A stretch of 64,000 nt of DNA from Amoebophrya sp. A120. Taxonomy: Eukaryota > Protista > Dinoflagellata. The stretch is from assembly GCA_905178155.1 (NCBI GenBank), contig CAJINV010000013.1:1678281-1742280 (forward strand). The letters run 5' to 3'. The notes under the pieces were generated by a model. That model saw nothing but the letters and a program-made list of their open reading frames with translations, searched no databases and was not told the DNA's origin. Below, in pieces: positions 12,697 to 23,716 of this stretch. How positions within the stretch are numbered: position 1 is the first letter of the stretch; each line of letters begins with the position of its first letter. The translations under genes were made by a program, and so were the position numbers.

Positions 12697-13041
12697 TGTA
12701 AGCATGATCAAGAATTTGTTCTTGACAAGCATCCCGATCTGAATTGACTAAATTGAAATCACGATGTAAATCACGATGCTACGATGATGATTCAAAATGA
12801 GGTCTCATGCAAATCACGATGTTCATGAGAAGGAACAAAAATGAAGCTCACTCTAATCCCGCACTAGTATACAGTGCGGGATTAGAGTGAACTTCATTTT
12901 TGTTCCTTCTCATGAACATCGCGATTTGCATGAGACCTCATTTTGAATCATCATCGTAGCATCGCGATTTACATCGTGATTTCAATTTAGTCAATTCAGA
13001 TCGGGATGCTTGTCAAGAACAAATTCTTGATCATGCTTACA
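12697..13041. mobile_element. Foldback (fully palindromic) element, TGT...ACA, 5-bp TSD GTTTG
   Basis: Arms 12697-12865 and 12873-13041 (169 bp, 3 mismatches), 7-nt loop. GTTTG at 12692-96 and 13042-46. Confidence 0.92.
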
Positions 13042-14304
13042 GTTTGCTCTTTTTCTTTCTTTTACTTTTGGGTTGTGCTGCGTGTACCACTGACTTTTTC
13101 TATCGCTCTCCGTGGAAGCTTTACGTTATATGTATCTACTGCGTTTTAATATTTTGGGTCGTAATCATCAAAAAGAGTGTGTCAGGTACTTATTTCCTCG
13201 TTGTGTAATTTCAGGACAGGGTATTAAATGTGTATCAGCGATTAACCTTTCTATGACGTGTGGTCACGTTACAGTCGAGTACTCAAGCGCTCTAGTAGCT
13301 GCGAGTCGTTTATTTCTCGCTGTTGGAATGTAGTTGTTAGAGTGTGTGTATCAAAATGGCTTCGTGTCGTGCAGAAAAATTTCACTCGCTACAGATTCTC
13401 CAGATCCATCGCCTTCAGACAGATAACAGCTAGGTAGAGGGTCGGTCCCCGTTACTCGCTATTAGATCAACGACGCCACGTAGGTAATGCAACAGGAGCT
13501 GTTGAGCTTGAGTGCCCCTGCTTGCGGAGAGGATCCAACTGTCTTTTCCCCAGACGCTGTCGGGACGGTGCAGACAGTACGAACTGATGGGAAATCTTTG
13601 ATGCCTAAAGGTTCTCTTGCAACCAGGGGTAAAAGAATGCACAACGCCAAACCACTGCGGGCCAGCAATCGAAAGTGTTCTAGACAGATCCTCTACTGGT
13701 GATTCACACTACTGCAGCAATCTGTAAATTAGTTCCACACGACTAAATTGGCAACGCTAGATGTAGAAAGCAAGGCAGTACTTTCACTCCTCCACAAATT
13801 CGCCTCGTAACGTTTACCCTCAGTAGACAGAAGATACAAGTAGCCCCTTCCACACCTCAAGCCGGACGGGACCCAACAAGAGCCCCTCTGTCACGACTAA
13901 AGCAGAGAGATGAACAGAACGGTTAGATTACCTGCTTTCTTGTTACTCCGCACTCCGCACTTTTTTTCCCACAGACGACCAGTAAACGACATGAACACTG
14001 TTGCCGAAACCCGAAAGATTTGAAGACCGGAAAAGCACTCTTCGGTAAGAGATAAGCAAAGAACTGACTTGGTTCTTCTAGTACTGTAGCTAACTTCTTG
14101 CACGTCAGACATACATTCATTGTTCTGTTTGCGAAAAATTTTCAATCACCCTGTCGTCGTTCTATGCGGAGTTTAATGGGGATGATAGATCGAAGTTGTG
14201 CCACGAAAAGAGACACAAGGGAATGGAAATCTTTTATCAAAATCTATTCAGCTGCTGTTGATCCCTTCCGGGACAGACCTGTCGCAGATTCTCCGTCCCT
14301 CCTT

Positions 14305-17300
14305 CTACGGTAAAATGTTGAAGATCCACCGAGGGAAAGACAGCGGATGCGGGGGTATGAACCGCATGAATCTTCCATAGGCCGGGAGCTTGGACGCTCG
14401 AGCGCTGGAGGAGCTTTTTCTGCCTCCGTGAAAATTGGTTCCCCGGGCCGCCGCCGCGGGCCCCAACCTGCCGGTTGTACTATCGTCGCGGAATGCACTG
14501 CAAGTTTCGTGCTGCTTGTTTTCCGACGAGGAAGATGCAAAATGTAGTAGTCGCTCTAGTAACGTATTGGCACCCGAAGCTGCGTCGTCCCCGAGCAATC
14601 CGCAAACCAGCTCGTCGTCGGCGATGGTGTGGCCGTTGTAGAGCTCGTTGGAGTAATACAAATTTTCTTGCATCTTTCGCTCCTCTTCCGGGATTATGTC
14701 GTCTGCGAACAGGTAATCGTCTGCGAACCCTTTCAGATAGGAGTTTTCGTACCAGGCACAGACATTTTCCTCCGCAGAATCATAATACGCCAAGGCCGTT
14801 CCCAAGTACTTCCGTATCGTCGAGAAAAAAGCCTTAGCATAAAACTGTAAAAAACAGACGCTGCGAAAGCGAGGTGATGCGAAAAAAGGTTGAAATCAAC
14901 GTCATCAAAGACATCAATCATGACGAAGGGAAAAAGATGTCATGCTGGTGCGAATGGAAGAACATGCTAAAATGTCACAACATACACAACTCCCCAGTTG
15001 CGCTTCTCTTTTTGCACGACGTCGGCGCATGCCAATTATACCCATCTGTGGTCAAAAGTATGCCAGGTTTTCTTTTCTCGTGGATAACGTCGTAGGGGAA
15101 CAAAGAACTACTGTCTTCGCCGTTCTCCTTCCCCCAAATCAGTTCCTCCGCCGTTACCCCCCGTCCCCCGGTGAGCGTGTAGTGCAGTGTAGTGGTTTTT
15201 TCTGGTGATGATGATGCAGCGTTTCTGTTGTAGCTCCTGTAAAAGAACGACGTCGTTTTCACTAGCCTGTTGCGCACTTCAAACTTCTCCGCGAGGTAAA
15301 CCAGCCCCGCTAAAAACACGACGAACTTCAACAGCCAGAACACCCGGAGGCACCAGCGTCTGAAGAAGGTGGTTTCCGGCAGAAACACAGAGCTGTCCCG
15401 GTACAGGTAGTCGAAGTCGGAGTTCAAACTACTGGCCCGATTGTCAAAAAAATCGGAGTTGATGTTGCGCAAGCCCGAGGCCGTGGTCCGCAGCTCCGAG
15501 TCCCGGGTGCTCCCCTGGTCTCGCCCGAAGGGATTGGCTCGTAGTTCCGGGGGCCGCGCGACCGAGCGCCGCACGAAGTCCGCCCCACCGTCGGCCACGC
15601 GCACGGCGCCCACGCAGTTGCCCTGCGGGTCCACGTCGGGCTTTTGCAGCTGCGAGGTGCTGTAGCGGCTGAGGCGGTCGGAGTACCGGGTTTCCTGGTC
15701 GCGCGGGGCGTAGTTGTCCGAACGAAAAAAGGACTCGCGCATCGTGGTGTGATCGCTCGAGCGCTTGTTGCGCACTTCGTCCGCTCCTGGAACAACCCTC
15801 TCGCCTCGCAAAATGCGGAACGAGCTCATCCCGGTGGCGGCCGGGGCGGCCAGCTGTTGCTGCTCCGGCACGAGGAGGCTGCTGCGGGAGGAGGTTGTCG
15901 CAGAGCTCCGCGACAAGTGGATAGTATTCTCAGTGCTACTACTTTTCCGCGCCGTTGTAGGCGTCGTGTGGTCGGGGTCCTGTAGTTGTTCGACGCCACG
16001 GTCTTGCAGCGGCGACGAGGACGACCTCGAGCTAGCGTTGCTACTGACCGCGCGGTCACTTGCGATGAGCAGGCCGGAACTAGATAATGATCCACCAGAA
16101 GGAGTGCCGGGACCGTACGAGCGCAGTACGTCCAGCATCCCGCGGACCGGTGCGGCCAGGGTGCTTTTCACTCGCTCGAAATAATACCACTCTGTTGGCC
16201 GCAGCAGCTCCGAGGAATTCATTCCGCTTGCGGTACTCTTTCGTTGAAGATTTATTTCATGCGCACCACGACTGCTGCGCCGACCAGGCGGCGGCGTCAA
16301 AATTTCTGCCTCGCTTGTGCTGACCGCCTCCTCCATCAGGTTTTGCCCAGACAGGGGATACGAGACCGCACCAGTTGCGCCCGGATATACTCCTACTCCA
16401 GGGGTAGTGGTCTCCGCGTTAATATTCACTGCGCTGGTGCGGTGAATTTCGGTGGTGCGAGCCTGCGAATTTTCCATATTTTCGCAGTATTCCGCAAGCC
16501 GGAGCAACCGATCCGCGAAGACCGCCAGCATCTTCGCGTCTCTGCTTCTTGCCGGCTCCGAGCTCGTCATCTTCCGCCCTTGCGGGGATTTATTTTCTGT
16601 GTAAAAATTCCCAGAATAATTGTTCCGGAGTTCCTTTTCGAGCCGGGCCAGCTCGTCCCGCAGCTCCAATGCCTGCGCGTTGGAGAACGTTTCCAGCAAG
16701 TCGCTGTGCTCCAGCACCCTGGTTGCGTCGTGTAGAGACTGTTCGGGAAATAAGTTTTTTCCGCCCGGGATGGGCCGAAAGGTGGAGGATTTCCTTTGCT
16801 CTTGCGCTGCTATCGCGTGCGGATCCTCTCCTTCGCCCTGCTCCCGGCCGAGTTCCGCCTGCTGCGCGCGGTACCGGCGCTTCTCCTCGACCAGGTCCCG
16901 TGCGAGCTGCAGCTTTTCCTGCAGCGCCAGCGTGTGGACGTCCAGGGCCGACATTAATCGCTCGTGGGTCCGCTGCACGGCCTCCCGTTCGGTCTCGATC
17001 AGGTTTTCCAGATTCTCGGCTTCTGCCGCCAAAAGCTGCATCGCGCGCTGCTTGTTCACATTCGCACGAGTCGGACCGTCCTCAGAATTAATATCTCTAC
17101 TGCGGTCGTCCCGCGCGTCAGGAGGACCTCCTGGCGGGTGCTGCGACGCGGCGTCTTGCTGCAGCTGCTCCGCCTGTCGCAGGACGTGCACCGTTCGCCG
17201 CTTCGCTGCAGCCGCCTGGTTTCCGCTCGCGGTGGTGAAGTGCACCGTGGCGGTATCGAGGTGAAAAACATCGACGCGAGTTCGAGATCTTCCCCGACCC

Positions 17301-18059
17301 GATCGTTTCACACAAAGAACAAACTCGAAATGAAAAATAGGTATCAAATTTGTCACACAGCACGCAAAGACTAAGCTTGAGTAATGGTTGATAAATAAGT
17401 CGCATTCATCATGATCGCAAAAACAGCTACCCAAGTGGAGAGGATCATCCACTGCACGGTGTCGCTGATCTTGTCCCTTGGTGATCAACGAAGCATGCAA
17501 ATCATGCAGCCCTACTAGTCTAGGGCCCTTAAGTACTTCTCGTGCACTCCGGGGGCCGCGAAACAATAAATCCGGGAAGATTTGACGAAGTCGCAGGTTT
17601 TTTTTTCGGTGCATAGCCACTGTTTCCACTAGCCGTTAACGGGAGCTCCACGTCGATATCGAACTCGAAGGTGAAGTCCTGCAAATGCGAGGACCCGGCC
17701 GCTGCAATCTTGTTGACGCCGACGCTGCTGCTGCCCTGCTGCGCAGTGAAGATAGTCGTTTGTTCCGCGAGCTTCTGGCGCAGCAGGTTCTGGCAAAACT
17801 CCAGGTCTTTGGTTTTTTCCAGGTCCGTCAGCACGGATTTCTTCCGCAGGTTGCGGCTCTCCTGCTCGTGCACGGCCCACAGTTCGTTGATCTGCGCCTG
17901 CAGGTCCTCCGCCACCTGCTGCAGCTGCGGCTCCAGCTGCTCCACGCTCTCGCGCCGTTGCTGCTGCAAAAACGCGTCCACCTTTAGCACCGCGCCTTTT
18001 ACGTTCTGCCGAAGCTGCGGCCGGTCCGCGGGGGTCCCCGCGTCGCGCCGCCCAAACAT
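14305..18059 (-). CDS. Hypothetical coiled-coil protein with one transmembrane segment (~1036 aa, 2 introner introns)
   Basis: ORFs 17529-18059, 14975-17629 and 14305-14805 join in frame across elements 17254-17615 and 14815-15086. TM segment WCLRVFWLLKFVVFLAGLVYL. Confidence 0.65.
14815..15086. mobile_element. TATC...GATA element / non-canonical intron
   Basis: TIRs TATCGTCGAGAAAAAAGCC vs TATCCACGAGAAAAGAAAACC. DR fully decayed. Removal +5 (or +2) restores frame. Confidence 0.65.
17254..17615. mobile_element. TAT...ATA element / non-canonical intron
   Basis: Ends TATCGAGGTGAAAAAC and TATGCACCGAAAAAAAAAC (reverse complement). Removal +5 (or +2) joins two frames. Confidence 0.65.
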
Positions 18060-19497
18060 CGCCCCTTGCTTTCTACGCGAGCAGTTAGGTAAAGAAACCA
18101 GCGCCAGATCTCGCGTTCTTCAAAAGCGGCAGGATTGCGTTATTTTCTAGACGGCGCGGAAGTGCAGCTGCGTCTGCTGAAATTCCCGAACCACTTATAA
18201 CCGGACGCGGAAATAAGCTTGATTACCTCTTATTTGCGGAAGGCGCACGACTATTGTGGTCCACCACGCCGCCGGGTTTTAGTAGATCAGCCGGAAACAC
18301 AAAGTTTCTACTTCACCGAAGCAAGAAACTCACGTACAGAGGCTGAGCTCTTGACAACTCCTACAAAAACACCACCTGCCGACGCTGCCACACAACACTA
18401 AGAAAGTAACTAAAGTATGCGGGGGTGCCGCAATTCACTCTGGCGTCAAATCAATTTCTTCATTTGCAAACCATATGAACCTTGAGTGAAAAAGGGAGGG
18501 AGAAAAGCCTGAGTCGGTTTTTTTATTGTGTTAACGACGTTCGCGGGCGTTCGAGCCCCTCGCTTTAGGTAGCCAGCTTCGCGATGGCGATAGAAAAAAA
18601 GGATAATTACTCACCAAGTCCAGAACGAGAGAGTGGAAATAGAGTTGCACGAGATGCCTGTATCCTATCGCGAACGAGAAGTTCGACCGACATAATTGTA
18701 GTTGACGAAAACGCACTTTTGCACGATGACCGAAAGGGTTTCGCTTTCGAGGACGCGGACCGATCGCAGAATGCTGCTTCATGTCAAAAATCACCGACGC
18801 ATCACTGATATGGTGATAGCAAATTAATTATGCTCCGATTGTAGTGGTCGCAGATTGCATGCCCGGCGCAGCGGACCGCACCAGTTGACGTTGCCCCATA
18901 GTTTTTTCGGTGCCTGATGGGTGGGTGGGGGGGGGAGAGTGAATAACCAAAAGCACTGCGGTGCGTAATTCGGTAGAAGAGTGCCGGCGCAAGGACGCGC
19001 ACAGGTAAATACTGACTGTCAGAATGGCGGCAGCCAATACCGGGACCGCAACCGTCGGACCGTGCTTCCGCTCCGCACCCCGCGTAGTGGAACGGGGGGG
19101 GGGCAATGGTTTTCCGCCGGCCGGGGCGCGGCTCTGCGTCCAGGATCCTTGCCCGCAAGCCCAGGAAGGCATCATTGGGCCACGCTTCTCCCGGGCAGAA
19201 TCCGCAGCCCCCGGGCCGGCCGACCGCCCTTCCCCATGGTGCGCCGGGCCGCGCATTCGAGGTTTTTCAAAGGACCTCCGCAGGTTCGATCGTTCTAAAA
19301 GAGATGCTGGAGGAGCGCATGGCCCTAGCTAGGGCGGTTGCGGTCAGCGTTTTGCATTGGGTTTCTAGGGTTGTTTTTAAGTTGTCCAATGAAATAAAGA
19401 AAATAACAGTGTGCACTTAGTCTCCTGGACCAAGTGCGCAGCCCTCCTGGAATGGCGCAGCCCTCCGGAGAGGACACATCCCTCCTTCCCCTCCTGG

Positions 19498-19498
<1 letters not shown>

Positions 19499-19542
<44 letters not shown>
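19499..19542 (+). repeat. Poly-G tract (44 nt)
   Basis: Directly visible homopolymer. Confidence 0.95.
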
Positions 19543-20399
19543 CGTGCACAAGCTGTGCCACACTATGGGGAAGCTTCACACTTTTTTAGAATTGAAAAGA
19601 TGGAGCTCATGCAAAGCCCAGGGGATTGCGTTCATGCAAATCCGCACACCTTATCTATATGCATGGCAGTCTGCACACTTATTTCACCTGAAATTATGGG
19701 TCTCCCTCAAAGTCGGTAAATTTTCCAAATTTTTTGAACTTCGAAAAATACCGAGAAAAGTATCACTCGCAGAGATGTTTCCTTACCAGTCAAAGCAAAT
19801 CCGAAAAAATTGCCAACTGGACGCATCCAGCAATACTCTGGACAACATTGTGGACCATGTACATAATATGTGGCATTTTTTAAAATTTTTACAATTTTAG
19901 AAAACAATGGAACTTTTTAAAAAGTGCATGAATCTAGTAGGTTCGATAAAGAAAGACATCGAAATGATCTGAATATCGATTCAGTGACTCACTACATTTG
20001 TGGAATTTTTAAGGTTTTTCAGCGTCAGCAATTTTTTAAAATTTTGGCATTTTTAAGATTTTGCAAGAATCTCTCACCGGATTAAAGTTTTCCACTATAT
20101 GAATTAAGCAGTTTTTTTTTGTGATTATATTTTTTGCATTTTTAAGTGGTATTAGTCGCATTCTGATGCATTTTCATCATGTCTGCAATTTTCCAGAATT
20201 TCCGAAAGTTTGGAAATTGCAACAACTATGAGTGTATGAATGTAATTCAATCTTCCTACTTGCGTAATATTTGAAATTTGCTGAGATTTGGTCCTTTTTT
20301 GCGTGGTGCGCGTGGCGTTTTTGACAGGGTGAAACGGGTAACAGAAACGGATAACCTGGACGGTTTTTTTTTTTTGAAAAAAGTGCGCGCCAGAAAACC

Positions 20400-20944
20400 G
20401 GTCTTCTGCCGCAGAAGACCTCGCAAAATTGCAGCTCAAGCGCAACGGTTGCGCTTGGGCTGCAATTTTGCGCTCTTGGTGGCCTGCTTCCTTCGCAGCA
20501 CAAATCTTCGCCGCGCAGCGCAGATTTGTGGCGCGCGCGCCACAAATCCGGGCGGCACGGAGTAAGTGCGGCCAGAAGTGCGCTGGCGACCAGCTGAGGA
20601 CGCCCTCTCAGTGAGATTCTAGCTGGGGGCGCGATGGTGTCGCAAGGTAAAAACGCGCTGGCTAGTATTGAAATAGCTTAAACCTATACTACTGGTCTGA
20701 GTTCTTTCAATACTTGCGCGGGTTCGGATTGTGTTGCAGGCGGTGCCATAACTTGGCACCGCCCGAAAATCAATCCGAATCCGCGTGGTGTACTGCATTC
20801 AGACTGAGCCCAGTACCACTCGGCGATAAAAAAAGAAGAAGTATATATACACACTTCATATTTTATTTAAAAACCCAGTGACACCCAGAAGCGAAAGACG
20901 AAGCTATGGTGGCGGTGCCACCCGGATGGCACCGGGTGGCACCG
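20400..20944. repeat. Cluster of five palindromes/hairpins
   Basis: 20400-20420 (10-bp arms), 20422-20472 (25-bp arms, 1 mismatch), 20523-20548 (perfect 26-bp palindrome), 20717-20785 (interrupted stem), 20913-20944 (13-bp stem). Confidence 0.85.
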
Positions 20945-21875
20945 GATCCATGTCGCGCACTTGAAGCGCCCGAAACAGCACGGCACGGAGGTGATTTCTT
21001 CACCTCCGTGGCGCGCTCTGTTTTTTTGCGCTACGGCTTCCATTTTTTGCATCTTTGCGTGCCTGCGTCAGCAGACGCGATTTTTTCATCCCGGAGGCGC
21101 GCATAGCGCCCGGCTAGCGGGCTCTCGCTCTTCAACTTGTCAACGGCCACGGGATCCGCCAGATTTTCCTTCAGGCTGAAGGGCGAAAAGGAAAGAAAAC
21201 CGGAAAGGGCCGGAAGGGTATTGGAATAACGGAACCCAATACCCGGAAAGCCCTTCCGCTTGGCTGCTTTTAAGGGAAAAGAGTCAGAATGAGGGAGGGA
21301 GGCAGGCCGCCATCCTTCGCAGCGGGCGGGCGACGCTGTTTGCGCCCTTTGGGGTTTGTGTGCTTTCCGCTTTTTAGCGCCCCGCTGTTTTGTAGTATTG
21401 GATTGCGGCATTTCAATACTTTTCGCGGCTGGACTTTTTTGGCCGCTTCTCTGCTGCAGAATCTTGAAGCGGCCCCGAGGTTTGCCAGACCCTTCGCCAG
21501 GCTCAAGAACGGAGCGCAAGGAGGAAAAAAGGGCAAAGCGCGAAAAAGTATTGAACTAGGCGAAGGGAATACTCGCGGCGCCTCCGCCCCCCTTGGCGAA
21601 TGAATGGGAAAAGGGGCGCAGAACCACGGTGGGCGTGCGGCGTTGATGTGCCGCCCTCGCCGGCGCGCGACCTCAAGACGCTTCAGCGGGTTTACTCCCT
21701 GCCGGCGCCTGGCCTTCTAGGCGCCCGACGTGCGCGAGACACGGCCCGCGCCGATAAGCCTTGAGCCTGCGCTCCTTGTGGCCCTTAGTACTGCTCTGCG
21801 CTTTTTTAATACTTTGGCTTGCGTTCCTCTCGTTCTGCGTGCGCGCCTGCTTCGCCGCCTTGGTGCCAATCCCAC

Positions 21876-22220
21876 GGGGCCCCTGTCCCAATGTGGCAGC
21901 GGGCGGGCGGGGGAACGCAGCGGGCCCCAGCCTCGGAGCACCCATTGCGGATCGCCTGCACCAATTGGGAAACCCTGAAGCCACTCGGAAAGGCGGTTTC
22001 ACCGCAGCGGGGCCCCTGTCCCAATGAAGGCTCCCCCACGGCAGGGCACTCCTGGCGCGCCCGCTCGGGGAGGGGGGAAACATTGGAACAGGGGCCCCAA
22101 GGGAGTGACACCGGGCCACAAGATCCCCAAGTGCGGCGACGTAGCCAGACCTCGCCTCCTGGCGGGGCGGGGGGCGCAGCGCCTCCTTGCTTGGTGGCAC
22201 CCATTGGGACAGGGGCCCCA
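21876..22220. repeat. Dispersed GGGGCCCCTGTCCCAATG motif, direct and inverted copies, next to the assembly gap
   Basis: Direct copies at about 21876 and 22008. Inverted CATTGG(A/G)ACAGGGGCCC at about 22081 and 22202. Confidence 0.75.
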
Positions 22221-22292
22221 TCGCGTTGGCACCGCCAGCACTGCTTGGAAAGCCCAGAGGCCCGGCGTGCCCTTCCACATGTCAAGCGTGTT

Positions 22293-22392
22293 NNNNNNNN
22301 NNNNNNNNNNNNNNNNNNNNNNNNNNNNNNNNNNNNNNNNNNNNNNNNNNNNNNNNNNNNNNNNNNNNNNNNNNNNNNNNNNNNNNNNNNNN
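22293..22392. other. Assembly gap (100 N)
   Basis: Run of N. Confidence 1.
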
Positions 22393-23716
22393 TTCTGAAA
22401 AAAGTTATTCGTTTCAGAAGGGCATTCCGATTTTGGCGTTTTCGCGTTCATTTCCAGGCGATTCGTTTCAGTCTTCCGCTTCACCCCTGTGAGTGTGTCC
22501 GCCATGGATGCAGTTTTTCCAATTTTTTTAAAATTTTTGTAAATGGCCAACGTAATGCAATTCATTCGGGTGATGCGTTGTACAAGATAAAAACACTCGA
22601 CGAAGTCAGTTAAGCAGGGCTATTTTCTACCCGATTGCCCAGCGATGCAACTACATACATAATTTTTCCACCTTGCGGATCGTTTTACAAAGTAGCCTGC
22701 TCCCCCCCCCCCCTCGCTTTCCCTTCTTCCAGTTGCGGCCCCTGCCGGTCATAGCAGCGGCATCCGCCGTCCTTGGGTGCGACGTGCGCCCCCATTAGGT
22801 GTGGTTTGCCCCTCTTCGGTGCGGCTTCCGCCCCCCGCAGGTTCGACCTACCCCCTTCTTGGTTGCGGGCCGCGCTCCTTGTAGGTGCTGCCTGCGCATC
22901 TCATAGGTGCGGCGGAGGTCCCACTTCGGTGCCGCCCCGGCCTGCCCGCCCCGCGCCCCACCTTGAGTCCCGGCCTGCGCCCCGCAAGGGGCCGCCGGCT
23001 TTTGCGTGCGCGATGCCAACGCGGCGGGCCGGCCCGCGCTTGGGGGGGGGGGGGCAGCGAGGCGGGCCCTTTTCTTGACGGCGGAGCGCGCCGCTTGTGG
23101 CGGCGGGGAAAGTGAACGCGCTCGGCACATTCCAAGTCCTCGACTAGACCCGCAAACGCACCATCGTGCTGCTACTTCGGTACGAAATTACGGCCAACAT
23201 CGTGGAAAAGGGTGACGCCATATCGCAATGCGCCCCATCTGTTTGCATCGTTTCGTACGGATGTGACAACATCATCTGGCTTGTCGGTAAAGTAATCACA
23301 TCGCATTCATCATTCCCCCGTGGTCGTCTTTCGTTGAGCTTGAAATCCGGCTACTTACTCCGTGTTACGGAGCGGGGAAATATCGAAATTTTTCTCGTTT
23401 AGATGCTGCCCTACGTACCATACCGAACGCTAAGCAGACTTGTCAACTGCTTCGAAGTCGTCAACTCATTCAGCTCGTCGCCTGATCGTCTAGATTTTTG
23501 CTGTCGTCGCATTAGATCAGCAGTGCCAGCTTCTCTTAAGGATTGACGCCGATCCGATCCCAATTATCAGGCCGGTGCCAACGTGTTTTTTTTTATGCGA
23601 GCTCCTTTTTGGAGAACGGGACCACCACGAAAAAAAAAACAGATGTCACAAGTGCTTCAGGCTTATTAATTTCCTCTGTCTATCGTTTCTCTTGCGTTCT
23701 TCCCTCTTCGACGAAG

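Noticed and set aside
19325-23215. Pro/Gly/Arg-rich ORFs in the strand-switch region, including ORFs crossing the N gap
   Set aside because: Products of poly-G, GC-rich repeats and the gap, with no protein-like features.
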